Shown here: piece by piece, positions 42,229-53,704 of the stretch
Layout: each line of letters begins with the position of its first letter
How positions within the stretch are numbered: position 1 is the first letter of the stretch
NCBI GenBank assembly: GCA_050331235.1
Contig: JBHJHA010000016.1
Span: 1 to 62,634, forward strand
Direction of reading: 5' to 3'
From: Leptolyngbyaceae cyanobacterium
GTDB taxonomy: Bacteria; Cyanobacteriota; Cyanobacteriia; Phormidesmidales; Phormidesmidaceae
Length of the DNA: 62,634 bases
Translations under genes and position numbers: made by a program
Notes under the pieces: model-generated
The model's input: the letters and a program-made list of their open reading frames with translations, nothing else
Told to the model about the DNA's origin: nothing
Database searches by the model: none

Positions 42229-43356
42229 ATGACCGAGTTATCAACGATTGAGTTAAAACAATCCTTATCCCAGACTTCACCCGTAACCAGGCGGCCTCGC
42301 TTAGCAATCCCCCTAGGCGATCCTGCCGGCATTGGGCCAGAAATTGTGCTCAAGGCGATCGCTCATCCGACGCTGCATACGGCGGCGCAGATTGTAGTGG
42401 TGGGACATGCCCAATATCTGCAAAAAATCCTCGCCCAGCTTGGGACTATCGATGGGTTCGCCCTAGACTTTAGCACCGTACCGCTGATTGAAGCAGAGGA
42501 AGCCCTACCGGCAGTGATGGACATCATCCCTGGTCAGCCCAGCACCGTCAGCGGTCATGCAAGCTTTGTGTGGCTCAATCGAGCCATTAGTGGGGCTCTC
42601 CAGGGAGAGTTTGATGCGGTAGTGACGGCTCCCATTGCCAAATCTTTTTGGCATGCAGCGGGGCATACCTACCCGGGGCAAACGGAGGTTCTAGCCGAAC
42701 GATCTGCGGTCAGCCGGTTTGGCATGATGTTCGCCGCGCGATCACCCTACACTGGCTGGCCCCTACGGTGTCTGTTGGCCACTACCCACATTCCGCTGTA
42801 CCGGGTTCCGATCGATCTCACATCAGATCTGATGACCCGCAAATTAGAACTTTTAATTGAGTGTCTTCAGCAAGACTTTGGCCTTGCTAATCCTCACATC
42901 GCGATAGCGGGGCTCAATCCCCACAGCGGTGAATCAGGCAAACTCGGGAGCGAAGAAAGCACCTGGCTCAACGCTTGGTTAGAGCAGGCCCAAGCAAGCC
43001 ATCCACAGGTCAAATTAGCAGGCCCCATCCCCCCTGACACCATGTGGGTGAGTGCTGGTCATGCCTGGCATACGGAGGCCCAGGCCAGTCCCTTTGCTGC
43101 TTACCTAGCGCTTTATCACGATCAGGGCTTGATCCCGGTCAAGCTCCTTGCCTTTGATCGGGCCGTCAACACCACCATTGGTCTACCGTTTGTCCGTACC
43201 TCGCCCGATCATGGGACGGCCTTTGACATTGCGGGGCAAGGCATTGCTCGCCCCGATAGCATGGCGGCGGCGATCGCCTTAGCGATCGAACTAGTCAAAC
43301 AAAGAAAAGGCTCAGACCTCAATGGGACCGAGCCTCAACCCTACAGTAAAAAGTGA
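42229..43356 (+). CDS. pdxA: 4-hydroxythreonine-4-phosphate dehydrogenase
   Basis: [35 protein letters not shown]. Confidence 0.95.
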   Translation: MTELSTIELKQSLSQTSPVTRRPRLAIPLGDPAGIGPEIVLKAIAHPTLHTAAQIVVVGHAQYLQKILAQLGTIDGFALDFSTVPLIEAEEALPAVMDIIPGQPSTVSGHASFVWLNRAISGALQGEFDAVVTAPIAKSFWHAAGHTYPGQTEVLAERSAVSRFGMMFAARSPYTGWPLRCLLATTHIPLYRVPIDLTSDLMTRKLELLIECLQQDFGLANPHIAIAGLNPHSGESGKLGSEESTWLNAWLEQAQASHPQVKLAGPIPPDTMWVSAGHAWHTEAQASPFAAYLALYHDQGLIPVKLLAFDRAVNTTIGLPFVRTSPDHGTAFDIAGQGIARPDSMAAAIALAIELVKQRKGSDLNGTEPQPYSKK

Positions 43357-43432
43357 AATGGAGTGTTAGTCAGACTTTTCCGCCGCGATCGCTCAATACT
43401 GACCAGCCGTGCCGCTCCAGCGAATAGACGTC

Positions 43433-43633
43433 TTAGCTTAGCGCCGAGCCGCTGCGATCGTAATCATTCCGGGCTCGCGAGCTCGGCTTGCCCTGAATCG
43501 TGCTCCAATACCCCGCCGTTTCAGCCGGCATCCCAAATTCAGAATTAGCACGACCTAAAAGCGATAGTTGCCGCAGCTTGATGGTGTGGTGATGGAGATG
43601 CATTAGGGCTCGTGCTTGCTCAGAAGCAGACAT
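43433..43633 (-). CDS. gifA: Glutamine synthetase inactivating factor IF7-type (66 aa)
   Basis: MSASEQARALM..HH..IK.RQ.S.L.RA..E.G...YWSTIQGKP....YDRS..ALS matches IF7; GGGAGG RBS. Confidence 0.9.
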   Translation of the reverse strand: MSASEQARALMHLHHHTIKLRQLSLLGRANSEFGMPAETAGYWSTIQGKPSSRARNDYDRSGSALS

Positions 43634-43701
43634 CTTAGTGGCCTCCCAAAAAAGACTTGTGGATTGAAAAACTGTTGTATATTTCAACGGTAACAAGGCA
43701 A

Positions 43702-43723
43702 TTCTGTAACATGTGTTACAGAA
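43702..43723. promoter_or_regulatory. NtcA binding site upstream of gifA
   Basis: GTA-ACATGTGT-TAC (43706-43719) within the perfect inverted repeat TTCTGTAACA-TG-TGTTACAGAA. Confidence 0.88.
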
Positions 43724-43807
43724 GTCGGATTCTTTACAGACGTTTAAATGTCTTTACCGAGCTTAGCAACGAACTTATTTAGGCGCATGGTCGTTGGGTC
43801 GCGTGGG

Positions 43808-44959
43808 CTAGGTACCGTTTTGCCGCATCATGTCGACAAACTCGCGGAATAAGTAATCGGCTTCGTGGGGGCCAGGGCTCGCTTCTGGATGATATTGCAC
43901 AGAAAACAGCGGCAATGTTTTATGGCGCATACCAGCCACGGTGCGATCGTTCAAATTGAGATGACTAATCTCAATCGCTGCATCATCAATGGAATCCGCA
44001 GCGATCGCAAATCCATGATTCTGGCTGGTGATTTCTACCTGCTGGGTCAGCCCGCAGGGATGATTGAGGCCCCGATGTCCAAACTTCAGCTTAAAGGTCT
44101 CCGCGCCCAGGGATAACCCTAGGATTTGGTGGCCCATACAGATACCAAAAGTGGGCAGCGCCTGGCTGAGCAGCGTCTTGACGGTAGCGGGGGCAGTTTC
44201 AACCGCAGCGGGGTCCCCTGGCCCATTGGACAAGAAAATACCGTCCGGCTTATAGCCTAGAATCGTCTCTGCAGGCGTATCAGCAGGGACTACAATCACG
44301 CGGCACCCATAGCGGGTAAGACGGCGGAGAATATTGCGCTTGATGCCAAAGTCAATAGCCACAACCGTCAGTACTTTCTCTGCCGCCTCATCGATTTGAG
44401 GGTGACATTCCCAAGCAGTCTCTGTCGGTTCTGACCATTCATAGGGAGCAGTTGTCGTCACTGTCTGCACTAAATTCAGCCCCGCCATATTGGGGGCTGC
44501 CTGCAACTGCCGTAATAGCTCATCAGGGTCAGTGACCTCGGTCGAAATCGCTCCGTTCATGACACCCACACTGCGGAGTTTGCGGGTTAAGGCACGGGTA
44601 TCAATGCCAAAGATTCCCGGAATCGAATGCTGTTTCAGATATTCAGTCAGGGTCTGGGTAGAACGCCAGCTACTCGGAATATCGCAAACATTTTTAGCGA
44701 CTACTCCCCGAATATGGGGGCGATCGGACTCTTCATCCTGGGGATTGACCCCGGTATTGCCTAATTCGGGATAAGTGAAGGTGACAATTTGCCCGGCATA
44801 GCTGGGGTCAGTCATCACCTCCTGATAACCCGTCATCCCCGTGTTAAAAACGACCTCTCCCATAACCGTACCGGCAGCGCCAAAGCTCCAGCCTCGGTAA
44901 ACAGAACCATCCATCAGAACGAGTAAAGCCGGTGAAGAGTTATCAAAGAACATAGGCAT
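43808..44959 (-). CDS. carA: Carbamoyl-phosphate synthase small subunit
   Basis: [39 protein letters not shown]. Confidence 0.97.
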   Translation of the reverse strand: MPMFFDNSSPALLVLMDGSVYRGWSFGAAGTVMGEVVFNTGMTGYQEVMTDPSYAGQIVTFTYPELGNTGVNPQDEESDRPHIRGVVAKNVCDIPSSWRSTQTLTEYLKQHSIPGIFGIDTRALTRKLRSVGVMNGAISTEVTDPDELLRQLQAAPNMAGLNLVQTVTTTAPYEWSEPTETAWECHPQIDEAAEKVLTVVAIDFGIKRNILRRLTRYGCRVIVVPADTPAETILGYKPDGIFLSNGPGDPAAVETAPATVKTLLSQALPTFGICMGHQILGLSLGAETFKLKFGHRGLNHPCGLTQQVEITSQNHGFAIAADSIDDAAIEISHLNLNDRTVAGMRHKTLPLFSVQYHPEASPGPHEADYLFREFVDMMRQNGT

Positions 44960-45060
44960 GAAGCGGATGACTGCAAGGGTGCGCTACCGTAAGGGCACTC
45001 TTAGAATAACGGACACCGCTCTGTCCGAGTGACTGATCTAGCTTTTATTCCTGAGAAAAA

Positions 45061-45915
45061 ATGATGGTTCGCTCACTTCAACGGCTGGGCTGGCTCTGCG
45101 TAGGGGCTTACGCTTTATCAAGCTGTACGTTACTAGCCACGCCCAATCCGCTGCCAATGTCGCCAGAGTCGGCAGCAACCACCACAGACGAGCCAGCTCC
45201 AACTGATGCAGCAACGGTGTCAGATCCGCCAGCAGTCGCTGACACGACGGCCGAGAGTCAGGCTACCGCAACATCCCAACAAAATTATTTCCAAGAAGGA
45301 GTGACAAGAGCTCAAAGTGCGGTCGCCATTGGTCAGTCGGCCCAATCAAGCGACGACTGGACCTTAGCGGCGAGCCGGTGGCAGCAGGCGGTTCTATATA
45401 TGCAGCAGGTACCAAGCTCCGATAACAACTATGCGATCGCTCAGCAAAAAATTCAAGAATACGGGCAAAACCTGGCACTAGCTGAACAGCGAGCCGCCGG
45501 AAACATGAGCGCGGCGCCGGCGCCGACCAACACCAATCAACCTCCAGGTCTGGTTGCCAGCATCCCTGTGGTTGATCAATGGGGCGGTACGCCCGTCGTA
45601 CCTGTGACGCTAACGGGCAAAAATGGCACCCAAAGGTTTACGATGCTGTTCGATACAGGAGCGACAGGCACCCTTATTACCCAAGAAATGGCTCAGGCTA
45701 TTGGAGTAGTCGTAACAGGCAGCGCTGTTGTTACTGTCGCCGATGGCCGACAGGTAGAGATTCCCGTTGGCTATGTCGATACGCTACAAGTTGGCGATTT
45801 AGTGGTCAGAGATATTTGGGTTGGCATTGGAGGCGATGTCGGCTTACTCGGCCAAGACGTCTACGGTGAATATGGTTTGTCAATTGGCGGTAGCCAGATC
45901 GACCTCTATGAATAA
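45061..45915 (+). CDS. Lipoprotein with retropepsin-like aspartic protease domain
   Basis: Lipobox LSSC; helical middle region; MLFDTGAT and GLLGQD motifs. Confidence 0.85.
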   Translation: MMVRSLQRLGWLCVGAYALSSCTLLATPNPLPMSPESAATTTDEPAPTDAATVSDPPAVADTTAESQATATSQQNYFQEGVTRAQSAVAIGQSAQSSDDWTLAASRWQQAVLYMQQVPSSDNNYAIAQQKIQEYGQNLALAEQRAAGNMSAAPAPTNTNQPPGLVASIPVVDQWGGTPVVPVTLTGKNGTQRFTMLFDTGATGTLITQEMAQAIGVVVTGSAVVTVADGRQVEIPVGYVDTLQVGDLVVRDIWVGIGGDVGLLGQDVYGEYGLSIGGSQIDLYE

Positions 45916-45970
45916 TTTGAACAGGCTGGAAGTCTCTAGGAGTGAATCTCCCAGCAATCATCGCTGCAAA

Positions 45971-46591
45971 TTATAGGTTAGGTTTCTGCTGCAAAGCGTC
46001 AAGCAGTTTTTCGAGAGCGTCATCTTCAGCCTGGTTGATATGCTTGTCCATCAGAGCGATCGCAATAGCTTTGGAAAGGGCAAAAGAGGCCACCTCGGGC
46101 TCCAAGTCTGCAACCAGTAGCTCCATCGGCATATCAACTCGGACGGCCGCTCGCAGCTCACTGATTAAAGCCTCAGACAAACCGAGTTCGATTAGCTGAG
46201 GTGTTAAGCTATCCCAGCTATTGATTGGATCATCACTAGCCGCCCGCAAAACACACGCTAACAGCCGATGAACCTTACGCTGCTGGGCTGACGTCATTGC
46301 CTCGTAGGTCAGCTCCTGAGAATCGAGCGCCTGCTCATTACCCTTACGGGTAATATTATCCAGAATCTTTCGCCACTCATCTTCGTTGCACTGTTCCGGC
46401 TTGCCAACCCGCAACGATACTGCAATTAATTCTCCAGTTGTTTCCAACCGAGTGACCTCAGCATGAACGCCCAAATAGCCGAGCCACTGGGCCACCATAC
46501 TCGATAGCTTGGTGTCAGCAGCGGACGTGTTGGCTAAAGTCTGAATCTGCGATCGTACCAATGGACGAACAAGCTGGACAAGCATCTTCAT
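45971..46591 (-). CDS. Hypothetical protein with TerB-like C-terminal region
   Basis: AIAIALMDKHINQAEDDALEKL resembles the TerB D-x5-E helix motif. Confidence 0.65.
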   Translation of the reverse strand: MKMLVQLVRPLVRSQIQTLANTSAADTKLSSMVAQWLGYLGVHAEVTRLETTGELIAVSLRVGKPEQCNEDEWRKILDNITRKGNEQALDSQELTYEAMTSAQQRKVHRLLACVLRAASDDPINSWDSLTPQLIELGLSEALISELRAAVRVDMPMELLVADLEPEVASFALSKAIAIALMDKHINQAEDDALEKLLDALQQKPNL

Positions 46592-46816
46592 TTCCCAACA
46601 GTATTGCTCAATATGACACGATCTTTTTCAAATCTGCGATTCTGCAGGGCTAGCATCGCCGCCAGAAAATCAACTGGCAATGTAAAAGGTCTGCCAGGAA
46701 GGAGACTTGGCGTTAGCAAATACGACAGCAGCTTCCTCACAAACCTTTCCTAAATCTCAGCAATTGCACATCACACAAGAAGATGATGTCGCCGAAAACG
46801 AACAGGCAGTATCGCT

Positions 46817-46978
46817 CTAATGCAGCAGCAGATAAACCGAGGCGGTGGTCAACAAGGTTGCAGCCGCCAACAAAATATCAAAAGACTGTTGTTGTGAACC
46901 CCCATCAATCCGAGCTTCATCTACCAGAACAGCAACCTTGACTTCCTCAGCACTGTGATAGTGGTTGGGATAGTTCAT
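46817..46978 (-). CDS. Putative small membrane protein (53 aa), not in ORF track
   Basis: AAGGA RBS; MNYPNHYHSAEEVKVAVLVDEARIDGGSQQQSFDILLAAATLLTTASVYLLLH with C-terminal hydrophobic helix. Confidence 0.5.
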   Translation of the reverse strand: MNYPNHYHSAEEVKVAVLVDEARIDGGSQQQSFDILLAAATLLTTASVYLLLH

Positions 46979-47290
46979 ACAGAATCCTTAAAATAAAGCT
47001 TCGCAAACCACTTATAACGTAACAAATACTTCACAAAACTTCCAATCCCTCTCAGGTAGTGTGTTTGTGTAGCCGCAGCCAATACCGTGGCTGCCTCGGA
47101 AAACCTGACGACAGAAGCGATGGCATATTATTGGAAGTCGCCAGAACGACGGATTCACCAGCTAGCAGAGGTCTTGCATAGCCATCTACCGAGTTGCTGA
47201 TGCATAAGAGATAAAACTTTGCAACAAGCTAAAAGTTTTGTTAACTTGCATATAGCTAATATTTATAAGACTTCGCAGAGGTATCCACCC

Positions 47291-47668
47291 ATGACTAGAC
47301 GATTTTTCGGTCTGTTTCCGAAACCGACCCCGATGCGAGAAATGTCTCGCGTATATGATCTGAAATCCCGCCTTGATTGGGGCGAACCTGCACTCACGAT
47401 TGTCGATATTCGTGATCGCACTTTATTCAATGAGTCCCACGTAATGGGGGCTATCTCAATTCCTGCCTATGAGCTAGTCAGTCGCATCCAGAACGTGCTT
47501 GAGTATGATCGCGACATCTACATCTATGCCGACACCGATGAGGAAGCGAATGAGGCTGCCACTCAGTTGCGCGCTGTTGGCTATGAGGAGGTCTCTGTGT
47601 TGCGCGGCGGTGTCGCTGCTTGGAAAGCGGCTGGTTTCCAGGTCGAAGCCACCGTCTTAGCAAGCTAA
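47291..47668 (+). CDS. Rhodanese-like domain protein
   Basis: LKSRLDWGEPALTIVDIR, HVMGA, LRGGVAAWKAAG; ATG 47291. Confidence 0.88.
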   Translation: MTRRFFGLFPKPTPMREMSRVYDLKSRLDWGEPALTIVDIRDRTLFNESHVMGAISIPAYELVSRIQNVLEYDRDIYIYADTDEEANEAATQLRAVGYEEVSVLRGGVAAWKAAGFQVEATVLAS

Positions 47669-47711
47669 CTAGCTTCAGGGGCGGCTTAGCCCGCTAGGTT
47701 TAGGACGAGCC

Positions 47712-48353
47712 TTAGTGCTCGAAAACGTTAGAATACTGTAGTAGGTCGAGGGCAACGTAGGTGGGAATGCAGCTAAAGCATTCTTGAGCTAGCTGCCATC
47801 GGCCTTCGCGCTTTAACATGTCGATCAGCGACTGCCGAATTTGATGTAAAAAGCGTACGTCATTGGCAGCGTAGCGTAGCTGCTCCTCCGTTAAGTTCAT
47901 CACATTGCCCCAGTCAGAGCTTTGCTGGGTTTTGTCGAGCTCAATCCCGGAAATTTCTCGTACCAGTTCTTTAAGACCGTGCTTAGGGCTATAGGTGCGG
48001 ATCAGCTTACTGGCTACCTTCGTACAAAAAATTGGTGCCACCTGGATCTGTAAATGATGGCGGAGGGTGGCCAAATCAAATCGGGCAAAGTGAAAAATCT
48101 TTGTCGTTTCTGATGTTTCCATGAGCTGCTTGAGGTTAGGGGCCACAGTTTGCCCCAGCTCAATGCGCACCACCGACACGTAGCCTGACTCATCGCAGAG
48201 CTGCACTAAGCAAAGGCGATCGCGCCAGGGCAATAACCCCATCGTCTCCGTATCGACGGCGATCGCCTCTGCCTGCAAATACTGCTCCAACAGGGAATCG
48301 GACAAGTCGAGATCGCAGACCTCAAACATGTCCGGGGCTAGTTCATCACTCAC
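47712..48353 (-). CDS. Ribonuclease D-like 3'-5' exonuclease
   Basis: AVDTET, FHFARFD, SSDW...YAANDV (DEDDy); GTG overlaps trpB stop. Confidence 0.88.
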   Translation of the reverse strand: MSDELAPDMFEVCDLDLSDSLLEQYLQAEAIAVDTETMGLLPWRDRLCLVQLCDESGYVSVVRIELGQTVAPNLKQLMETSETTKIFHFARFDLATLRHHLQIQVAPIFCTKVASKLIRTYSPKHGLKELVREISGIELDKTQQSSDWGNVMNLTEEQLRYAANDVRFLHQIRQSLIDMLKREGRWQLAQECFSCIPTYVALDLLQYSNVFEH

Positions 48354-49633
48354 GACAAGTTCCCTAACGCTTTAGCCACTGTTTGCACATCCTTATCACC
48401 CCGCCCTGAACAGTTAATGACAATCCGAGGGCTTCCCGACAGCTGGGGGCACAGCGTTTCTAAGTAAGCAAAGGCATGGGCAGTTTCTAGGGCCGGGATA
48501 ATACCTTCCAATTCAGAAACTAGTTGCAACGCATCCAGCGCTTGCTGATCTGTCACGCTGTAGTATTCGGCCCGGCCGATCTCTTTGAGATAGCTATGTT
48601 CTGGTCCCACCCCTGGATAATCGAGCCCCGCACTGATGGAATGAGCCTCCTGGACCTGACCGTGACTATCCTGTAAGAGATAGCTCATAGCACCATGTAA
48701 AACGCCGATCCGACCTTGAGTAAGGGTAGCCGCATGTATGCCAGAGAGCACCCCCTCCCCTTCGGCCTCCACACCAATCATGCGGATTGAGGTGTCTTCA
48801 ATGAAATTATGGAACAGTCCCATGGCGTTAGAACCACCCCCCACACAAGCCATCAAAATATCGGGTAAGCCATTCCACTTTGCTAAACACTGGCGACGAG
48901 TCTCTTGACCGATCACCGCGTGAAAATCTCGCACAATCATGGGATAAGGATGCGGTCCAGCAACCGATCCCAAAATGTAGTGGGTTGTCTCAACATTGGT
49001 CACCCAGTCACGAATCGCCTCTGAAGTGGCATCTTTTAGGGTGCCAGTGCCGGCAGTCACCGGGCTCACTTCGGCCCCCATCAAACGCATGCGGAAGACA
49101 TTGAGCGCCTGTCGCTCCATGTCTTGAACACCCATATAAATCACACATTTAATACCAAAGCGAGCACATACAGTAGCGGTTGCTACGCCATGTTGTCCGG
49201 CTCCAGTTTCGGCGATGACCCGCGCTTTGCCCATGCGCTTTGCCAACAGGACCTGACCCAAGGCGTTGTTGATCTTGTGGGCTCCAGTGTGATTTAGATC
49301 CTCTCGCTTAAGGTAGATTTGAGGACCGGTGCCCCCTGATTTTGCATAGTGCGCGGTTAAGCGCTCAGCAAAATAAAGGGGTGTTTCTCGCCCAACATAG
49401 TTCTTTAAAAGGTCTTGGAGTTCCGCTTTGAAATCAGCCGTATCTCGGTGGCGATAATAGGCTTCTTCGAGCTCTGCTAAGGCCGGCATCAGCGTTTCGG
49501 GTACATACTTGCCCCCAAACTGACCAAAGCGGCCAAGGGTATCGGGGCGAGCCGACGACGCTAACGCCGCTTTTGCCACCTGATGACGGGCAGTTGATGA
49601 AGCACCGGAGGGAGAAATGGGCGTTTGAGTCAC
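48350..49633 (-). CDS. trpB: Tryptophan synthase beta chain
   Basis: [39 protein letters not shown] 49633 likely start (TTG 49660 alternative). Confidence 0.97.
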   Translation of the reverse strand: MTQTPISPSGASSTARHQVAKAALASSARPDTLGRFGQFGGKYVPETLMPALAELEEAYYRHRDTADFKAELQDLLKNYVGRETPLYFAERLTAHYAKSGGTGPQIYLKREDLNHTGAHKINNALGQVLLAKRMGKARVIAETGAGQHGVATATVCARFGIKCVIYMGVQDMERQALNVFRMRLMGAEVSPVTAGTGTLKDATSEAIRDWVTNVETTHYILGSVAGPHPYPMIVRDFHAVIGQETRRQCLAKWNGLPDILMACVGGGSNAMGLFHNFIEDTSIRMIGVEAEGEGVLSGIHAATLTQGRIGVLHGAMSYLLQDSHGQVQEAHSISAGLDYPGVGPEHSYLKEIGRAEYYSVTDQQALDALQLVSELEGIIPALETAHAFAYLETLCPQLSGSPRIVINCSGRGDKDVQTVAKALGNLS

Positions 49634-49830
49634 AGCAGCAAGCGGTTTGAGTAAGGTCAACAGTTAGCCCCCATTATACGGAATTGGGGCAGCTGCCTCA
49701 GGCCAATGAGCTTAAGAAAGCGCAAAAACTCGGGGCAGGAGTAGGGAGGAAACGATCGCCGCGATGACACAGTACGTATCCCGGATTGAGACCACTCTGC
49801 CACCGTCGTCGACTATTGCCCGGTCAATGC

Positions 49831-51414
49831 TTACAGCTCACAAAACTTACGGGCGACATCAAACTCGCCATCTTGCCAAGAATAGGCAAAGTGGCTCACC
49901 GAGTTAATTTCTGGCATTGACTGATAGATTGCCTGCATCTGAGCTTCTAGCGACGGGCGATCGCGGGTGGACTGCCCCCAAACGCCCGCGATCGCCGGCT
50001 TCACAAACTGAGCGCCCTGGGGCCCTGCTGCTGCCATCACTTCACGAATCTCATCTAAGATGCAGCCAGTATGACCACACACGCCATAGGCCATCGGATG
50101 CCATGACATCCAGGTGGGAAAGCGATCCCAGTACTGCAGGCGCGAGTCAAAACCATTGCCCACGATCCGATTGCCCCCCGGGAAAAAGACAGCCCCCGTC
50201 CGCAAACCTTGCTGCTGCGCCAACTGCCCCGATTGCGTGAGGAAGTCAACCACACCTTGAACCGCATGGGCTACTGTCAGTCGCCATAGTTCATTTTGCA
50301 CATCTGACAGCGGTGTGGACGGATCGTTTTCCTTGCGATCGGAGGGAATGCGGCTTTGCCAGAGGGGCTCAACTTCGTTGGGATATAAACTGGCAATGTC
50401 AGCCAAATCAGTCTCTACTAAGTGGCCTCGACTAATATAGCGGCGGATCAACTCCAGGCCTTGGGCATTGGTGGCTCGACGCAAGAGCGAATTCCGCGAG
50501 GCATCGCCATAAATCCACAAATCTCCGACTTGGCTGGCCACTGAGTAAGTTCCGACGCCCCGGGGATAGCGAATATAGTCGAACAAAATGCCCTTCGGCT
50601 GGCGTTTGGCAATCTCCGCCAACATTACCTGAAAGTCTTGTTGAGCTTGCAGATTGTAAGGATCAACAAATACCTCTTGAGTATTACTGCTAAACCCATT
50701 GGTCGCAAAGGTATACGAATCCTGCCCCTGACCATTGACCGCTAAGGTGCGACGCTGCTGGTCATCAAGCGTATAAGTATAGCCAAAGTTGAGCGTAAAC
50801 ACCCAAGCATAGGTCTCGAGGCCTCTTGGTACTCCCTTGGCGATCGTCTCTGCCAACAAGTCGCGACGCTCATATCCCGGCGCTACCACCAAAGAGGGCC
50901 AAGCTGTGGGATTATCAGCCTCGGGCAGCAAGACCAAACCGCTAAAAAACGACTCTATATAAACCTGGTTATATCCCAAATTGGCAATGCGATCGAGGAC
51001 CGCCTCAAGGATGCCGGGGCGGAGATCGCAAGGATAAACCCGTAGCCACACGGCTTGCTCACGGGGCCAAGTTGAGGCGCGACATTGCTCTAGCGCTCGG
51101 GCATGTGCCACCACCAAGGCTTCATATTGGCTTTGGGCCTCAGCATCATTAGACTCAAACGCAGCTTTACGGAGAGCCTCTTTGCGGGATGCATCCGCCT
51201 GGGAAATCTGACAATAGCGATTGAGCTGGAGAGCCACAGCGGGCTTCGGAAGCAGAGCACTCCAAAGGATCAAAGCAACTAGGAAGCCCCAATATTTGCT
51301 GGCACGGGTCATCAACTCCAGCGATCGCCCCCAGCAGACTTGCGACTTGCTCATACCAATCCTGTTTTCCTCACACTTTCGAGCAATAGACGCACCCAGC
51401 CAATAAATGTTCAC
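49831..51414 (-). CDS. Glycoside hydrolase family 10-like (GHL10/DUF187) secreted protein
   Basis: Signal peptide, AVWLRVYPCD, FVDPY, GILFDYIRYP; true start probably downstream (51354 or 51312). Confidence 0.75.
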   Translation of the reverse strand: MNIYWLGASIARKCEENRIGMSKSQVCWGRSLELMTRASKYWGFLVALILWSALLPKPAVALQLNRYCQISQADASRKEALRKAAFESNDAEAQSQYEALVVAHARALEQCRASTWPREQAVWLRVYPCDLRPGILEAVLDRIANLGYNQVYIESFFSGLVLLPEADNPTAWPSLVVAPGYERRDLLAETIAKGVPRGLETYAWVFTLNFGYTYTLDDQQRRTLAVNGQGQDSYTFATNGFSSNTQEVFVDPYNLQAQQDFQVMLAEIAKRQPKGILFDYIRYPRGVGTYSVASQVGDLWIYGDASRNSLLRRATNAQGLELIRRYISRGHLVETDLADIASLYPNEVEPLWQSRIPSDRKENDPSTPLSDVQNELWRLTVAHAVQGVVDFLTQSGQLAQQQGLRTGAVFFPGGNRIVGNGFDSRLQYWDRFPTWMSWHPMAYGVCGHTGCILDEIREVMAAAGPQGAQFVKPAIAGVWGQSTRDRPSLEAQMQAIYQSMPEINSVSHFAYSWQDGEFDVARKFCEL

Positions 51415-51543
51415 CCTATCCTGAGATCCAGCGCATTGCCCTGATTTATCTAGTCAGTGACTTTTTGCCGCTGTCTGCCAAATGCTATAGGGACTGAGCC
51501 TTATTCGACGCCGACAGCCTCCAGGCAAGAGACATCGTTCGAC

Positions 51544-51891
51544 TTACTCTCCGGACACGGCTTCCGTGCCATCCCCTAAATCGACAGGTTGCTCCTCTAG
51601 TTCTATCTCGTTTAGCAGAGAACGCAACCGCATACGTTGAATGTAGGGCCAGCCACCGTTGACCTCGATATCTCGTAATAATGCATAGAGGCGTTGACGA
51701 TTGGTGGGCAGCGAGTCCTGAAATCGACCGTCCCGAACTTGACCATGTAACCGTTCTAGAAGCCTCAAGAGTTCCAGCAAAGCAATTTCGTCGCCCTCAC
51801 GAATGATGGCGGCCTGCTCAACCGCTTCAGCTAACACCTGCAAATCCTTCGGCAATGCTTCAATATCGACTGCAATGCGATCGTCTCCCAT
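51544..51891 (-). CDS. Conserved cyanobacterial hypothetical protein
   Basis: LLELLRLLE.LH...FQDSLPTNRQRLYALLRDIE..GGWPYI; GGAGG RBS. Confidence 0.75.
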   Translation of the reverse strand: MGDDRIAVDIEALPKDLQVLAEAVEQAAIIREGDEIALLELLRLLERLHGQVRDGRFQDSLPTNRQRLYALLRDIEVNGGWPYIQRMRLRSLLNEIELEEQPVDLGDGTEAVSGE

Positions 51892-52280
51892 AGCCCTCCG
51901 CCCCCCTTACTAACAGACATAAGAAGTTCTCCACTTACCCTATCGGTTTCTTGGACCTTGAGAAGACATTAATCTCATTTACATTTCTTCATCTTTCGAC
52001 CTGAATCTTGTCGCTCTCCAGTGCTCAGTAGCCATGCCATGTAGAATGCTAACTTGAGGCTTTGGATTAATCTATCCGACCGAATATCAAGAGCGTTCTC
52101 ACGTCCCCTTGGCTGATGGGATGGTGATGAAAGTTTAGAGTTCATACCTCCTGGCTCTCGGTCGAAGATTACAGACATGAGAATTTGTTTAGACTGGTTC
52201 GCTATTGTCGTCCAAGCTCACATTTATATTCTGTGCTGACAGAGCTCCATATAGAGACTTTATTGCTTTTGAGGTTGACC

Positions 52281-53120
52281 ATGAGGTATCGCGCGCTCAT
52301 TGTGGCTTTCCTGGCAGTTTGCCTGGGATTTTTAACCGCTTGTAGTGGAGGCCCCGTTGCCACCGCTGATGTGCCCCTGACTTACGATGAAATTCGCAAC
52401 ACAGGTTTGGCCTATAAGTGTCCTCAGCTTTCGGAAACAGCCCGAGGTACGATTCCCCTGACTGCGGACAAAACCTATCAACTCGCGGGTTTATGCTTAG
52501 AGCCCACCAGCTTTTTTGTAAAAGAAGAGCCGACAAACAGCCGCCGCGAAGCGGAATTCATTCCTGGAAAATCGCTCACTCGTTACACTTCATCCTTGGA
52601 TCAAGTACGAGGCGATTTGCGCCTTGAAGACGATGGCAGCTTGACCTTCGTTGAAAAAGATGGATTTGACTTTCAAGCCATCACAGTTCAACTTCCAGGG
52701 GGGGAACAAGAGCCTTTCTTGTTCACTATCAAGGGCTTGACGGCGCGCTCCCAGGGTGACTTAAACGCCATCACAACTTATACAGATTTGGAAGGTAGCT
52801 ACAAAGTTCCTTCTTATCGGACATCGAACTTCCTTGACCCCAAAGGACGCGGATTAGCGACCGGCTATGACTACGCAGTGGCACTGCCTGCCAGCGGCGA
52901 TAGCGAGGAACTGCGTCGGGAAAACACGAAGGCTTTCGATATTCTTGAGGGCAATATTTCTCTCATGATTTCTAAGGTTGATACCGAAACTGGTGAAATC
53001 GGCGGCACTTTTGAAGCGATTCAGCCCTCTGATACAGATATGGGCACTGCTGAGCCGGTGGATATCAAAATTCAAGGCATCTTCTATGGCTATATCGAGG
53101 ATGACTTGGAATCGGCTTAG
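52281..53120 (+). CDS. psbO: Photosystem II manganese-stabilizing protein
   Basis: MRYRALIVAFLA, LTYDEIRNTGLA.KCP, YRTSNFLDPKGRG, QPSDTDMG. Confidence 0.97.
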   Translation: MRYRALIVAFLAVCLGFLTACSGGPVATADVPLTYDEIRNTGLAYKCPQLSETARGTIPLTADKTYQLAGLCLEPTSFFVKEEPTNSRREAEFIPGKSLTRYTSSLDQVRGDLRLEDDGSLTFVEKDGFDFQAITVQLPGGEQEPFLFTIKGLTARSQGDLNAITTYTDLEGSYKVPSYRTSNFLDPKGRGLATGYDYAVALPASGDSEELRRENTKAFDILEGNISLMISKVDTETGEIGGTFEAIQPSDTDMGTAEPVDIKIQGIFYGYIEDDLESA

Positions 53121-53160
53121 GGTAGCAAGCTGATAGACATAAACGAGTGGTCTTTACGTA

Positions 53161-53192
53161 AGGGGGGAGCCTTGGCTTCCCCTTTTTGTTTT
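53161..53192 (+). terminator. Intrinsic terminator after psbO
   Basis: AGGGGGGAGCC-TT-GGCTTCCCCT stem followed by TTTTGTTTT. Confidence 0.8.
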
Positions 53193-53503
53193 CAGGCAAT
53201 GACAGCTGTCGAAACTTTAGTCAGCTGCGATCGCGAGTGCCCCCAGCCTAAGCCGATCGCCCTGTATTGACGCCTGCTCTTGAACAGTAATTGGCAAAGG
53301 CAAAAGCTCGTTGACACGATGAACATTTAGCGATCGAACAATAAAAATTCATCATTTAGAGCATTGCTTATCAGTGCAAATTAATATCAAGACTATTTAT
53401 TAAGGCTCCTCAAGAAGAATTTTTGTTTAAGGAACAGAAAAGACTGTTTTTTTATACTTTATGTAGTTATTGAAAACAGCTCAAACGCCAGGAGGGCAGA
53501 GCC

Positions 53504-53704
53504 ATGAGCCACACATACGAGGCCTTTGTGGATATTAAGGAATACACTGGTAGTTCCACTGCCAACTCTCGCATTTATACAGAACGTTACGAAGTGAATG
53601 CTCTATCCGTTCGGGGAGCCGATGAAGCCGCTCTTTCCAAAGCTACCGGGATTCATCCTAAAGCAGCCGAGCTAGATGTACGCATTACTCGTTTGCTCAA
53701 ATAA
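53504..53704 (+). CDS. Small hypothetical protein (66 aa)
   Basis: AGGAGG RBS, AT-rich upstream region, downstream hairpin 53740-53773. Confidence 0.75.
   Translation: MSHTYEAFVDIKEYTGSSTANSRIYTERYEVNALSVRGADEAALSKATGIHPKAAELDVRITRLLK

Noticed and set aside
43634..43700. Glutamine riboswitch upstream of the gif gene
   Set aside because: Leader is short with no glnA-motif structure; the protein is IF7-sized, not IF17.
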